A stretch of DNA of 64,000 nucleotides, taken from the NCBI GenBank assembly GCA_012513065.1, contig JAAZCX010000064.1, positions 4,046 to 68,045 on the forward strand. Direction: 5' to 3'. This document shows, piece after piece, positions 1-10,978 of this stretch. The translations under genes were made by a program, and so were the position numbers. The number at the start of each line of letters is the position of its first letter. The first letter of the stretch is position 1. The DNA is from Clostridiaceae bacterium. Its GTDB lineage: Bacteria; Bacillota; Clostridia; TANB77; CAG-508. The notes beneath the pieces are model-generated. The model ran no database searches. It saw only the letters and a list, made by a program, of their open reading frames with translations, and had not been told where the DNA came from.

Positions 1-5
1 AAAAT

Positions 6-326
6 ATGGTAATATTAAGAAATTTACAATCTAATATGGTAGAAGAAGCATATATTGTGTTTAAAAATAATGTAAAAATACATAAATTAGAAAAAATAGA
101 TAAAAGAAAAAAAGATATTAAATGCGATAGAGTAAAAACGAAAGATTATATGATAAAAGAAGCTGAAATGATTGTAAGCGAATATATAACGAAAATTGAA
201 AAAAGAGATTATGAACTGGGTAATGGAAATAAAAAATTAAAGCAAAAATATGATAAATTAAAAATGATTACAATATTTTTAGGTGTGTTTTCACTAATAA
301 GTATAATACTTGCAATATTTAAATAG
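6..326 (+). CDS. hypothetical small protein with C-terminal membrane anchor
   Basis: ORF track. The body is K/E-rich and the tail is hydrophobic (ITIFLGVFSLISIILAIF). No family recognised. The ATG is 5 nt from the window edge, so the true start may lie upstream. Confidence 0.3.
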   Translation: MVILRNLQSNMVEEAYIVFKNNVKIHKLEKIDKRKKDIKCDRVKTKDYMIKEAEMIVSEYITKIEKRDYELGNGNKKLKQKYDKLKMITIFLGVFSLISIILAIFK

Positions 327-430
327 TAAATATTAAATAAAAACAAAAAACAAATATTAAAATTGTAATAAAAGAAAAAGACGAGCATATAAATTAACAA
401 ATAACCTACTAAGGAAGAGGTGAGTTAATT

Positions 431-1378
431 TTGGAAAGAGCAATAAGCCCTGAAGAAAGAATAAAACGAGCAGAAGAAATATATAATAGAAGAAAAATGC
501 AAAGCGGGATCAGAGTTTCAACTAGTAATGTTAATACAAAATCAAAAGTAGAGTATAGTTTATTTAAAAAATTAGTTTTACAAATTTTAATTTGTTTAGT
601 AATTTATTTTATATTTTATTTAATAAGAAATTCAAACTATATATTTTCAGAAGATGTTATTAATAAGACTAAAAACTTTTTGTCATATGATATAAATTTC
701 CAACAGGTATATGTAGAATTAGAAAATTACTATAATAACAATATTAAAACAATATTAAAATCTAATAATAATGAAAGCAATATTGAAGAAAATAATATTG
801 AAGAAAATTTAGAAAAATCAAATGAAGAGAATGTACAAGGAAGTTTAAATGTTTCAGTAGAAGAAGTAGGAATCGGAGGAGGAGAAGAAGGAAGTGATTT
901 ATTAGAAAATGAAATAGTAAAAGATGTATCTGCAGACGAAGAAAACAAAGTAGAATTATCTCAAATGGAAATAGATGCTAATGAAATAAAAAAAAATTAC
1001 AATTTAATAAGACCACTTAAAGGAACAGTTAGTTCAAGATTTGGACCAAGAACACCTACTAATATAATATCTGCAAATCATGCAGGAATAGATATTGCTG
1101 CAAATGAAGGAACAGTATTTATTTCATCAATGGAAGGAAAAGTAACTTGTGTAGCAACAGAAGGAGGATATGGAAATCATATTTATATTCAAAATAATGA
1201 TGTAATAACTTTATATGCACATTGTAAATCGATTTACTTAAAAGAAGGTGAAAGTGTATCTCAAGGTCAAAAAATAGGAGAAGTAGGATCTACGGGAAAT
1301 GCAACAGGACCACATTTACACTTTGAAATAAGAAAATCAGATAGAGTAGTAAATCCAGAATATATTCTTACATTTTAA
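431..1378 (+). CDS. M23 (LytM-type) metallopeptidase with N-terminal TM segment, in the spoIVFA position
   Basis: TTG start downstream of GGAAGAGGTG. HAGIDIAA and GSTGNATGPHLHFEI motifs are typical of peptidase M23. Lies directly upstream of the site-2 protease gene. Confidence 0.8.
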   Translation: MERAISPEERIKRAEEIYNRRKMQSGIRVSTSNVNTKSKVEYSLFKKLVLQILICLVIYFIFYLIRNSNYIFSEDVINKTKNFLSYDINFQQVYVELENYYNNNIKTILKSNNNESNIEENNIEENLEKSNEENVQGSLNVSVEEVGIGGGEEGSDLLENEIVKDVSADEENKVELSQMEIDANEIKKNYNLIRPLKGTVSSRFGPRTPTNIISANHAGIDIAANEGTVFISSMEGKVTCVATEGGYGNHIYIQNNDVITLYAHCKSIYLKEGESVSQGQKIGEVGSTGNATGPHLHFEIRKSDRVVNPEYILTF

Positions 1379-1394
1379 ATAAAGGAGAAACAAA

Positions 1395-2075
1395 GTGAAG
1401 ATAAGGTTACATCTTAAGATTTTTATTTTTATAGCTATATTTATAGTTACAAGACAAATAGAAATATATGGAGTATTAATGTTATTTGCAGTACTTCATG
1501 AATTAGGGCATATGATAACTGGTATAATATTAGGATTTAAGCCTAATACAATAGAAATTATGCCATTTGGTCTATCAATAGGATTTGATATAAAAGTTGA
1601 TAATTATAATAAAAAAATAAAAAAAGGGACTATACTAACACTAAAAAAATTGTTTATAGCAATAAGTGGACCAATTATTAATTTTATTATTGCATTAATT
1701 TTTTTAGTATATCCTATATCATTTTTAAGAATTAATAGTCAAATAATTATTTATGCAAATCTTTTAATAGGAATATTTAATTTAATACCAATATATCCTT
1801 TGGATGGAGGTAGAATAATTAAATACATATTACATATTTTTTACGGAAAAAAGCAATCATACATATATAGTAATAAAATATCATATATAACAATCATAAC
1901 TCTTACAATAATTTGTAGTTTTGCAATATTATACTTAAAAAATATTGCGTTAATTTTAATATTAGTATATTTATGGTATTTAGTAATTAAAGAACATAAA
2001 ATATTTAATGCAAAAAAACAGATTTACAAAAGCATTAATAAAATAGAAGAAAAACAAGAAAGTACAGTAAACTGA
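1395..2075 (+). CDS. spoIVFB: M50 site-2 metalloprotease, SpoIVFB-like
   Basis: HELGH zinc motif within a hydrophobic helix and NLIPIYPLDGGRI (NxxPxxxLDG) motif. Polytopic membrane protein. GTG start after AAGGAGAAA. Confidence 0.7.
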   Translation: MKIRLHLKIFIFIAIFIVTRQIEIYGVLMLFAVLHELGHMITGIILGFKPNTIEIMPFGLSIGFDIKVDNYNKKIKKGTILTLKKLFIAISGPIINFIIALIFLVYPISFLRINSQIIIYANLLIGIFNLIPIYPLDGGRIIKYILHIFYGKKQSYIYSNKISYITIITLTIICSFAILYLKNIALILILVYLWYLVIKEHKIFNAKKQIYKSINKIEEKQESTVN

Positions 2076-2147
2076 AACTGTACTTTCTTCTTGACATATA
2101 AGGTTTTTGGTGCGATAATAGTATAAGTTTATGGATAGGAGAAAAAA

Positions 2148-2799
2148 ATGGAAATAGAAAAAGCAAAAGCAATAATAGAGTCAATTTTATTTGCTTGTGG
2201 AAGAGAAGTACAAATAAAAGAATTAATGTCTGCACTAGAAATGAGTAGTGAAGATCTTTTTGCGATTATAGATAGTATGAAATTAGATTATGCAAAAGAA
2301 AATAGAGGAATAGAAATAATAAAAGTACAAGATGCAATTCAATTAGCAACTAAAAAAGAATATTATGAATATATATATCCTATTTTTGATAAAAGAAGTG
2401 CACCTAATTTATCAAATGCTGCGTTAGAAACTTTATCAATTATTGCATATAATCCAAGAATTACAAGAGCTGAAATTGAAACAATACGTCGGAGTTAATT
2501 CTGATGGAACAATGTATAAATTATTAGAATATAATTTAATTGAAAATGTAGGAAAAGCTGATGCACCAGGAAGACCAAGTATGTATTGTGTAACTAATGA
2601 ATTTTTAAAAATGTTTGGATTAACTTCTTTAGATGAATTACCAGAACTTCCAAAATATAAATTAGATGAAAATAGGCAAATTGTTATAGATGAAATAATT
2701 GAAGAAAATAAACAAACAGAAGAAAAAGAAGAATTAGAAACAGAAAATGAGGCTCCAATGCCCGAAAGGGAAAATGAAGTAAAGGAAGATAAACAATAA
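2148..2799 (+). CDS. scpB: segregation and condensation protein B (ScpB), frame break at in-frame CGG 2490..2492
   Basis: ORF-track pieces 2148..2498 and 2443..2799 together form one ScpB: ...NPRITRAEIETIR then GVNSDGTMYKLLEYNLIENVGKADAPGRPSMY. The join requires skipping C2490. Confidence 0.85.
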
Positions 2800-2822
2800 A
2801 ATATTATAAAAGGAGCAAAGAA

Positions 2823-4517
2823 ATGAAATTAAGTGAAAATTATTTTTATACATTAAGAGAAGATGCAAAAGACGAAGAATCAGTAAGTGGAAATTTACTT
2901 GTAAAAAGTGGAATGATAAAAAAAATAGGTAATGGTATTTATATGAAAATGCCATTAGGACAAAAAGTAGTAGATAATGTAAAAAATATTGTTAGAAAAA
3001 ATATGAATATGGCAGGAGCTTTAGAAGTTACAATGCCAATGTTGTTACCAATAGATGTTTTTCAAAAATCAGGAAGATATGAATTATTTGGACCATCAAT
3101 ATTTAAATTAAATGATAGATATAATAGACCATATGTATTAGGGCCAACACATGAAGAATTTTTTGTTTTAGCATCAATGATGAAAGCAAAGTCATATAAA
3201 GATTTTCCATATACATTATATCAAATAGGAAATAAATATCGTGATGAAATAAGACCAAGATTAGGATTAATAAGAACAAGAGAATTTACAATGAAAGATG
3301 CATATAGTTTTGATATAAATCAAGAAGAATCAGATAAGTCTTATCAAAAACAATTTGATGCATATCATAAGATATGTAAAGAAGTTGGATTAAATTATGC
3401 TGTAGTTAGAGCAGATACAGGAGTAATGGGAGGACTTTTATCAGAAGAATTCCAAGCTATAACAGATGTAGGAGAAGATATTTTAGTATTATGTGATAAT
3501 TGTGATTATGCATCTAATATAGAAGTTAGTAAATGCATTGATAATGAAACAGATAATAGTGAAGAAAAATTACAAATTGAAAAAATATATACTCCAAATG
3601 CAGGAACAATAGAAGAAATAAGTACATTATTAAAAGTTGAAACATCAAAATTTGTTAAAACATTAATTTATAATGTAGATGGTAAATTTTATGCTTGCTT
3701 AGTAGCGGGAGATAAAGAAGTAAACGAAGTTAAACTTGGTAAATTATTAAATGCAAAAGTAGTAGAATTAGCAGAAGCAGATAATGTAATACAAATTACT
3801 AATGCAAAAGTTGGATTTGCAGGACCTGTAGGATTAAATATTCCAGTTATAATGGATCATGGTATTGCTCATATGAAAAATTTCATTGTAGGAGCAAATG
3901 ATACGGATTATCACTATAAAAATGTAAATTTAGAAGATTTTGAAATATATAAAATAGCAGATATACGTAATGTAAAAGAAAATGATATATGCCCAAATTG
4001 TGGTAAAGGTCATTTGACATTTAAAAAAGGAATTGAAGTTGGAAATACATTTAAATTAGGTACAAAATATAGTGAAAGTTTAGGATTGAATTATTCTGAT
4101 GAAAATAATGAATTAAAACCAGTTGTTATGGGATGTTATGGGATAGGAATTGAAAGAATTATAGCAGCTTTGGTTGAGCAAAATCATGATGATAAAGGAA
4201 TAATTTGGCCAATAAATATAGCACCATTTAAAGTAGCTATTGTATTAATAAGTAATAAAGATGATAAACAAAAACAAGTTGCACAAGACTTATATGAAAA
4301 ATTTACAAATGCAGGAATAGAAACAATATTAGACGATAGAGATGAGAGACCAGGAGTTAAATTTAATGATATGGATTTAATTGGAATACCACTTAGAATA
4401 ACTGTAGGTAAAAAAGTAGAAGAAAACCAAATTGAATTTAAATCTAGAAGCAGCGAAGAAGTAGAATTAATAGATATTAATGATATATTAGATAAAATAA
4501 AAAATATTATTAAATAA
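2823..4517 (+). CDS. proS: prolyl-tRNA synthetase (bacterial type with editing insertion)
   Basis: 564 aa. The N-terminus MKLSENYFYTLREDAKDEESVSGNLLVKSGMIKK and class II motifs (GLIRTREFTMKDAYSF, GCYGIG) fit ProS. RBS AAAGGAG. Confidence 0.95.
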   Translation: MKLSENYFYTLREDAKDEESVSGNLLVKSGMIKKIGNGIYMKMPLGQKVVDNVKNIVRKNMNMAGALEVTMPMLLPIDVFQKSGRYELFGPSIFKLNDRYNRPYVLGPTHEEFFVLASMMKAKSYKDFPYTLYQIGNKYRDEIRPRLGLIRTREFTMKDAYSFDINQEESDKSYQKQFDAYHKICKEVGLNYAVVRADTGVMGGLLSEEFQAITDVGEDILVLCDNCDYASNIEVSKCIDNETDNSEEKLQIEKIYTPNAGTIEEISTLLKVETSKFVKTLIYNVDGKFYACLVAGDKEVNEVKLGKLLNAKVVELAEADNVIQITNAKVGFAGPVGLNIPVIMDHGIAHMKNFIVGANDTDYHYKNVNLEDFEIYKIADIRNVKENDICPNCGKGHLTFKKGIEVGNTFKLGTKYSESLGLNYSDENNELKPVVMGCYGIGIERIIAALVEQNHDDKGIIWPINIAPFKVAIVLISNKDDKQKQVAQDLYEKFTNAGIETILDDRDERPGVKFNDMDLIGIPLRITVGKKVEENQIEFKSRSSEEVELIDINDILDKIKNIIK

Positions 4518-4560
4518 AATAAAAAATTAAAAATAGAAAAGTGAATTCTTAACAAAGAAT

Positions 4561-5106
4561 TCACTTTTTATTAATTAAAATATTTAATATTGCAGGATAC
4601 ATTTCATCTGCATGTTTTTCCCAATTATCAACTATTTCTTTTGCTTGATTTGGTGATCCTGCAAAAGTTTTAATTTCAAAAATAGTTTCATTACGTTCTA
4701 CGATTTTACAAGTAATATCGAAATAATTTTCACTACGAGGTATATATTCTGCAATAACAGAATGTTTATTTTCAAAAGATTCTAATTCTGATTTAAAATT
4801 ACTATCAACTCTTAGTTTAATAATCCCAGGTAACATATCTTGAGTTAAATTTAAAGTTTGTTTACCAAAATCTGTGATGTCATAAAAACTATGTTCATCT
4901 TTAGAGTAATTTGTAATATAACCATTTTCTAATAAATCTAATAAGAATTGTTGAAAATAGAAATAATTCATATCTGTTACTGCAAGAACAAGGTTTAATA
5001 ATGAATCATTTGAGATTGGTTTTCCGATTTTATTTAAAATATATAATATTAATACTTTATTTTCTGCTAAAGTTTTGTCATCTGAAGTTAATTTCAATAG
5101 TATCAC
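4561..5106 (-). CDS. DUF4364-family protein (winged-helix-like, function unknown)
   Basis: 181 aa. LAENKVLILYILNKIGKPISNDSLLNLVL...MNYFYFQQFLLDLLENGYI matches my memory of the clostridial DUF4364 family. Confidence 0.55.
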   Translation of the reverse strand: MILLKLTSDDKTLAENKVLILYILNKIGKPISNDSLLNLVLAVTDMNYFYFQQFLLDLLENGYITNYSKDEHSFYDITDFGKQTLNLTQDMLPGIIKLRVDSNFKSELESFENKHSVIAEYIPRSENYFDITCKIVERNETIFEIKTFAGSPNQAKEIVDNWEKHADEMYPAILNILINKK

Positions 5107-5232
5107 TCCTTAATTGCTAAATTAATAAAGAAATTATAACACACTTTTATTAAAAATACTATAATTTTATAAAAATAAAGATTAAGGAATTAAAATTTTA
5201 AAATCCTTAATCTTTTTTAAACCACTTACTTC

Positions 5233-5412
5233 TTAAAAAGGTTGAAGTGGTGAAGAGTAGTACGAAAGAAGACTAAGATCAACTTGCCCATTTTTATAGA
5301 GAGTCCCTTCAAAGTAATCTTTCTCATTTTCTGTAGCAGAATCACTAGCGTACACTGGACCCTTTTTACCTACAAAACTAACAGCTTCTTGTCTCTTGTT
5401 TTCTTCTGCCAT
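5233..5412 (-). CDS. unannotated 59-aa ORF (MAEENKRQEAVSFVGKKGPVYASDSATENEKDYFEGTLYKNGQVDLSLLSYYSSPLQPF)
   Basis: Falls just below the ORF-track length cut-off. ATG is preceded by GGAGGTAAATACCT. Locally less AT-rich than the flanking spacer. No family recognised. Confidence 0.4.
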   Translation of the reverse strand: MAEENKRQEAVSFVGKKGPVYASDSATENEKDYFEGTLYKNGQVDLSLLSYYSSPLQPF

Positions 5413-5615
5413 AGGTATTTACCTCCTTTATGAAAGATAAAAACAATTATATAATATTTCCTAAAAAATGTAAATGCAAAAAGGAAAAAAATGGAAAAAA
5501 CTTATCTACAATATTTGACAAAAAATAAAAACATAAAAGACCAAAATCCTTACTTGCCAAAAAGTAAACAGTGTGTTAAAATACATCATACAAAAAAATA
5601 AAAAGAGGGATAAAA

Positions 5616-6275
5616 ATGAGAATACGTTTTAAACCATGGGCAAGACCAGAACTAGAATCAAGTAAATTTTATATAGATAATCCACAAGAATTTAAAGAAA
5701 AGTGGAAAACATTATATAAAAATGAAGAACCATTTCATATAGAATTAGGATGTGGAAAAGGGAGCTTTATATCAAAGATAGCATTAAAAAATAAAAATGT
5801 TAATTATTTAGCAATAGATTTAGTAGATGCGATGCTTGGATTAGCTAAAAGAAATGTTGAACAAACATATAATGAAGTTAACGAAGAAATAGATAATATT
5901 TATTTAACAAGATTTGATATAGAAAGAATCTTTCTTATTTTAGATAAAAAAGACAAAGTAGAAAGAATATATATAAATTTCTGTAATCCTTGGCCAAGAG
6001 GAAAGCATCATAAAAAAAGATTAACACATACAAAACAATTAGAAAAATATAAAGAGTTTTTAACAGAAAAAGGAGAAATATACTTTAAAACTGATGATGA
6101 TTTTTTATTTGAAGATAGTTTAGTATATTTTAAAGAAGCAGGATTTGAAATAGTAAAGAAAACATATGATTTAGAAAATGAAAAAGAATTTTGGGACAAT
6201 ATTGAAACTGAACATGAAAAAATGTTTAAAGAACAAGGAATAAAAATTAAAGCAGTAATTGCAAGAAAAAAATAA
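5616..6275 (+). CDS. trmB: tRNA (guanine46-N7)-methyltransferase
   Basis: MRIRFKPWARPEL N-terminus, the SAM-binding motif IELGCGKG and NFCNPWPRGKHHKKRL are typical of TrmB. Confidence 0.9.
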   Translation: MRIRFKPWARPELESSKFYIDNPQEFKEKWKTLYKNEEPFHIELGCGKGSFISKIALKNKNVNYLAIDLVDAMLGLAKRNVEQTYNEVNEEIDNIYLTRFDIERIFLILDKKDKVERIYINFCNPWPRGKHHKKRLTHTKQLEKYKEFLTEKGEIYFKTDDDFLFEDSLVYFKEAGFEIVKKTYDLENEKEFWDNIETEHEKMFKEQGIKIKAVIARKK

Positions 6276-6292
6276 AAAAGGAAGATAAAATA

Positions 6293-6919
6293 TTGAAAAA
6301 AAATATCAAAAAAAATTTAAGGTGGATATTACTTATAGCCTGTCTTATAGTATTTTTTGTAATATTAGAAGATGTACTGGATAAGGAAATTAATCAATTT
6401 GATAGTAATATATATAAATTTATATCATATGGTATATCTAATACGGTTACTATAATTGCAAAAGTAATAACAACAATAGGATCTGCGTATGTAATTATTC
6501 CTGTATGTATTATAACAGCAATTTGTTTATGGAAGAAAAAACAAGGTAAGTATATTATAATTAATTTATTAATTGTGTTTTTAAGTAATCAAATATTAAA
6601 AAAAATTATAGAAAGACCAAGACCAGAAGGCTTCAGAATTGTTGAAGAGTCTGGATATAGTTTTCCATCAGGACATTCAATGGTAAGTATGGCATTTTAT
6701 GGATTATTTATTTATTTTATATATAATAATATAGAAAATAAATATATAAAATGGATATCAATAGTATTAATAAGTATTTTAATAATTTTAATTGGAATTA
6801 GTCGTATTTATTTAGGAGTGCATTATGCAAGTGATGTATTTGCAGGATTCTGTTTATCATTAGCTTATTTAGCATTATTCACAAATATTATATCAAACAA
6901 AAAAGAGAAAATAGAATAA
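6293..6919 (+). CDS. PAP2-family membrane phosphatase (undecaprenyl-diphosphatase/BcrC-like)
   Basis: The three PAP2 motifs are present: KKIIERPRP, FPSGHS and SRIYLGVHYASD. Multiple TM segments. Confidence 0.85.
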   Translation: MKKNIKKNLRWILLIACLIVFFVILEDVLDKEINQFDSNIYKFISYGISNTVTIIAKVITTIGSAYVIIPVCIITAICLWKKKQGKYIIINLLIVFLSNQILKKIIERPRPEGFRIVEESGYSFPSGHSMVSMAFYGLFIYFIYNNIENKYIKWISIVLISILIILIGISRIYLGVHYASDVFAGFCLSLAYLALFTNIISNKKEKIE

Positions 6920-6997
6920 TATAAATTTAAAATATATAAACAAATGTATAAAAAGCTTTTCTTAGTAAAAACTATTTTTAGATAAAGGAGATAAAAA

Positions 6998-8006
6998 ATG
7001 TTTTTACCAAGAGAAGTTTTTTTTGAAAAAGAAGTTCAAAATTATGAGTTAGGAAGAGAATTATTAAAAAGATATAATGATAAAAATATAAAGTGTACTG
7101 AAATAGAAAATCACAATAATATTGAAGAAATGAGGAAAAAAGAAAATAAAGAATTTCCAAAAATAAAACAAAATCTTATTATAGGAATAAGAAAGACACA
7201 TAAATTTGTACCCAATAATAAAACATCAGATTATTTAGTTCCATACACATCATCACGGATGCATTGCAATGTGTTTATATTGCTATTTAGTTTGCAATTA
7301 TAATAAATGTGCTTATTTGAGATTATTTGTGAATAGAGAAGAAATGTTGGACAAAATTATTAAAGTAAATAATAAAAGTGAAAAAGAATTAACGTTCGAA
7401 ATAGGAAGTAATAGTGATTTAATATTGGAGAATACAATTACAGGAAATTTAGAATGGACAATTTGTAATTTTATTGAAAGAACTAAAAAAGGATATTTAA
7501 CTTTTCCAACTAAATTTGATATGGTAGATCCAATATTAAATTTAAAACATGATAAAAGAATTATAATAAGAATGAGTGTAAATCCACAAAAAATTATTAG
7601 TGAAATAGAAATTGGAACATCACCATTAAAAAATAGAATAGAAGCCATAAATAAATTAGGAGAAGCGGGATATAAAATAGGAATATTAATTGCTCCAATA
7701 GTATTAATTGATAATTGGAAAGAAGGATATAAAAATCTAATAGAGTATTTATCAGAAAACTTAAGTGATAAAGTAAAAGAACAGGTATTTTTCGAAGTGA
7801 TTTTTATGACTTATAGCTATATTCATAATGCAATAAATACAGAAGCATTTCCTAATAAACAAGTGTTATATGATAAAGAAAAAATGATAGCAAGAGGAAG
7901 AGGAAAATATGCTTATAGAAAAGAATTAAAGGATGATGCAAAAGGATTTATAACAGATTTATTGAACAAGTTTTTTGAAAAAAACGAAATAAAATATATT
8001 GTATAA
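6998..8006 (+). CDS. splB: spore photoproduct lyase (radical SAM), frame break at in-frame CGG 7256..7258
   Basis: ORF-track pieces 6998..7303 and 7269..8006 belong together. N-part ...SDYLVPYTSS, then in the +1 frame GCIAMCLYCYL (CxxxCxxC radical-SAM cluster) and the remainder of the SplB-like sequence. Confidence 0.85.
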
Positions 8007-8083
8007 AATTAAAAAAATTGTAGCAAAAATATAAAAAAAGAATATTATATAGTACAAACAATATATTGTTTTTATATAGATAA

Positions 8084-8123
8084 AAATACAGATAATATGA
8101 TATTTTATATTATCTGTATTTTT
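8084..8123 (+). terminator. hairpin terminator after splB
   Basis: AAATACAGATAATAT (8084..8098) pairs perfectly with ATATTATCTGTATTT (8107..8121), followed by TT. Confidence 0.5.
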
Positions 8124-8363
8124 GCGTTAAAAAATAAAAACAAATACGTGTAAGAGATAAAAGTTATGATATAATTTATGAAAAATATTATTAGATATGT
8201 GTTTAGTACTATGTGTTGTATTATCTAAATTTTTACTGGAAATTTAATTTTTAATTTTATGATTACTAAATATTTAATATAAGTTAGGAGATTTAGTTAT
8301 GATAGATATAAATGATATTTAAAAAATTTTTACAAAGGAACTAAAAATCCATCATTAAAAGCC

Positions 8364-8880
8364 ATGGAATATTTTATGAATATATATAATAATTTTCAAG
8401 AAAAAATGAACTTTATTCATATTGCAGGTACTAATGGAAAAGGTAGTTGCGTAGAAATCATATCAAATATTTTAACAAAACAAGGTTATAGAGTTGGTAA
8501 ATCGACAATTGGTGAATTGGTTGAAAAATTGAATTTGCCGGATAAAAGAGCAGTACAGGAAAATCTTAATCAACTGGATTTAAACTATGTTCCTATAGAT
8601 AACGAAAAAGTAAATATTTCATAGAAACACAATCTTAGTGGAGGTGCAAAGCCGAGTATTTTGCCCAAAGGCGAACTATATAATAAGATTGAACAGTTAG
8701 CAATTGCAGCAGGTAAGGCTATGAATATTAACTTTGCAACTATTGATATCATAGAAACAAGTATGTGCTGGAAATCAATTCTGGAATTGGTGCAACTATT
8801 TTCACAGAAACAATTGAAGGTGCAGATGAAATAATTAAGGAAATTTACAGAAGAGCAATTGAAAAATTATTTCAGTAACA
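8364..8880 (+). pseudogene. decayed remnants: Mur-ligase/FolC-like N-terminal fragment followed by ATP-grasp C-terminal fragments in several frames
   Basis: 8364.. encodes ...FIHIAGTNGKGSCVEIISNILTKQGYRVGK (Mur ligase/FolC P-loop), then homology stops. 8640..8877 reads ...AIAAGKAMNINFATIDIIET and, in another frame, YVLEINSGIGATIFTETIEGADEIIKEIYRRAIEKLFQ (ATP-grasp C-terminus). Locally higher G+C. Confidence 0.6.
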
Positions 8881-9061
8881 AACCTAAGAAGGAATCTTTT
8901 TGATTCCTTCTTTTTATGTATAATTAAATTTATATATAAATTTAACAAAATGATATTGTTTTTTTAAAATATCATTTTTATTTTATTGTATTTAAATAAA
9001 AAATGTGATAAAATGCAAAGACAAACTTAATAATTAATAAATAAATTATAAATAAATATAA

Positions 9062-10666
<1,605 letters not shown>

Positions 10667-10685
10667 AGTAAAGAGGTGCTATTAA

Positions 10686-10853
10686 ATGGATGAAAAACAT
10701 AGACAATATTGTATAAAGTTAGGAAATCCTTATATGGGAGAAAATTATAATAAACCAGAATTTAGAACAGAAACAATAGATTCATCTTGGATTCCACAAG
10801 ATGCTATAAAAGAAGAAAATTGGTTAAAAAATAGCAAAAAATTCACAAATTAG
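10686..10853 (+). CDS. unannotated 55-aa ORF (MDEKHRQYCIKLGNPYMGENYNKPEFRTETIDSSWIPQDAIKEENWLKNSKKFTN)
   Basis: ATG lies 7 nt after AGAGGTG, 20 nt downstream of the metG stop and upstream of a hairpin. No family recognised. Confidence 0.3.
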   Translation: MDEKHRQYCIKLGNPYMGENYNKPEFRTETIDSSWIPQDAIKEENWLKNSKKFTN

Positions 10854-10887
10854 ACATAATAGAAATATATAATAAAATAAGTAAAAT

Positions 10888-10940
10888 AAGAGCAAATTAG
10901 AAAATATTAATATTTTCAGAATTAATTTGCTCTTATTTTA
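10888..10940 (+). terminator. long hairpin terminator after metG and the small ORF
   Basis: AAGAGCAAATTA (10888..10899) pairs with TAATTTGCTCTT (10923..10934), with an inner palindrome GAAAATATT/AATATTTTC, followed by ATTTTA. Confidence 0.5.
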
Positions 10941-10978
10941 AAATATTTCAAAACAATAAGTAAAGAGGAGAAAAATTT

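Noticed and set aside
740-830. Short tandem repeat AATATTGAAGAAAAT x2, considered as a possible repeat array
   Set aside because: It is in frame within the M23 peptidase linker (NIEENNIEEN). It is a low-complexity coding repeat, not a CRISPR or regulatory array. No CRISPR-like array was seen anywhere in the window.
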